Positions 63,101 to 64,000 of a stretch of DNA of 64,000 bases are shown piece by piece. The stretch comes from an uncultured delta proteobacterium (lineage in GTDB: Bacteria > Myxococcota_A > UBA9160 > UBA4427). The position numbers were made by a program, and so were the translations under genes. How positions within the stretch are numbered: position 1 is the first letter of the stretch; each line of letters opens with the position of its first letter. The notes below the pieces were generated by a model that saw only the letters and a list, made by a program, of their open reading frames with translations, had not been told where the DNA came from and did no database searches. The DNA is taken from contig CAWGJT010000005.1 of assembly GCA_963822965.1 (NCBI GenBank), positions 1,568,001 through 1,632,000 of the forward strand. Reading direction: 5' to 3'.

Positions 63101-64000
63101 TGTAGTCGCCGTCGTTGCCGGCGGACGCGGAGACGCGTACGCGCTGCCCCACCGCGAAGCCGTCGTCGCTCCACTGGCCCGTCTCCCGGGTGAGGGTGTC
63201 GCGGTCGCTTCCGTTGTCGTGGAAGTCGACGCCTCCCGCGTAGCTCGCCTGCTCGAACACGAGCTCCGGAATCACGGAGAGCGAGAGCCCGGCGTTCGAG
63301 ATCTCCGGCTCGAGGTCGCGGTCCAGGGTCAGGTGCCGGTCGTTCACCTCGAGCACCCGGTACGTGCCGTCGTTCGCCGCCAGACCCGCACCGGCCACGC
63401 GAACGAGCTGTCCCGTCCGGAAGCCGTCTTCCAGCCAGCTGCCGTCGCGCCGCGTGAGCTGGTCGGCCTGGCCCAGCACGCGTTGGAGGTTCTGCGCGTC
63501 GCCCTCGCCGAAACCGATGTCGATCGAGCCTTCGAGCAGCACCGTCTCGGCGTCCTGGTAGGCGGGGCGTCCGCCGGCGATGAAGTCGCCGTCGAGGCCG
63601 CCCACCAGCAGGTCGTCGCCGGCGCCGCCGAAGATCTCGTCGAATCCCGCCTCGCCGAAGATCGCGTCCGCGTCCGCGCCGCCGTCGACGCGGTCGTCGC
63701 CCTTGCCGCCGTAGACGAGGTCCACGCCCGCGTTCCCGAAGATCACGTCGTGGCCGCCCGCGAGGCCGCGGTCCGTGTCCTGGATGCGACGCGAGCCGGT
63801 GAGCGTGACCCCGTCCGCGACCTCGTCCGCCAGCTCGTCGGTGTCGGCCAGGACCAGGCTCGTTCCGTCCTCGGAGACCTCCGCCACCCGGTACAGGCCG
63901 TCGTTGCCCGCCGAGCCCGCGATGCGCAGCACCCGGCCGGCCTCGAAGTACACCGGCTCCACCGTCTCGACGCTCACGACGTCGAGGGCCGGGTCCACGA
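54144..64000 (-). CDS. Giant RTX/hemolysin-type Ca-binding repeat adhesin-like protein, 3' portion (5' end beyond the window), broken by about a dozen or more frameshifts
   Basis: Consecutive minus-strand ORFs join into one Gly/Asp-rich reading of over 3000 aa with many GGxGxD nonapeptides, FTxxxWxxPQxV..A.DD motifs and recurrent beta-rich repeats; stop at 54144. Confidence 0.85.

Overview
High-GC (roughly 70% by eye) bacterial chromosome segment. The PEP-CTERM protein, TonB systems and many lipid-catabolic enzymes suggest a Gram-negative organism, plausibly Myxococcota-like; this assignment is unverified. I found no rRNA, tRNA, CRISPR array or transposase. Layout: (1-14.1 kb) a TonB-dependent receptor, a secreted beta-helix protein, a PEP-CTERM protein and two exported proteins, divergent from a complete DUF3450/TtpC-ExbB-ExbD-ExbD-TonB-TPR energiser operon, with 11-bp phased Pho-box-like repeats. 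(14-38 kb) metabolic genes: GH13, SDRs, DUF1295, NapC/NirT tetraheme cytochrome with menA, phosphoglycosyl transferase, Baeyer-Villiger monooxygenase, RRM protein, vWA-OmpA lipoprotein, MAPEG, MDR, F420-type LLM, two GSTs, ino1, ACAD, TauD-GATase-acyl-CoA ligase-TesB. (38-43.5 kb) a TetR-MFP-RND-DoxX-like efflux operon. (43.7-46.3 kb) the most unusual locus: an FtsH-like membrane AAA+ ATPase whose M41 protease domain is replaced by an Sm/Hfq-like domain, followed 8 bp later by an M50 site-2 protease. (46-54 kb) ACAD11/LvaC-like, a membrane protein plus vWA lipoprotein pair, a 7TM protein, an amidohydrolase, an APH kinase and an SDR. (54-64 kb) the 3' part of a giant RTX-repeat adhesin-like gene with several unrecognised repeat families. 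About 25 apparent single-base frameshifts suggest long-read assembly errors, so several supplied ORFs are split or falsely fused. Family assignments come from motif recognition, not database searches.
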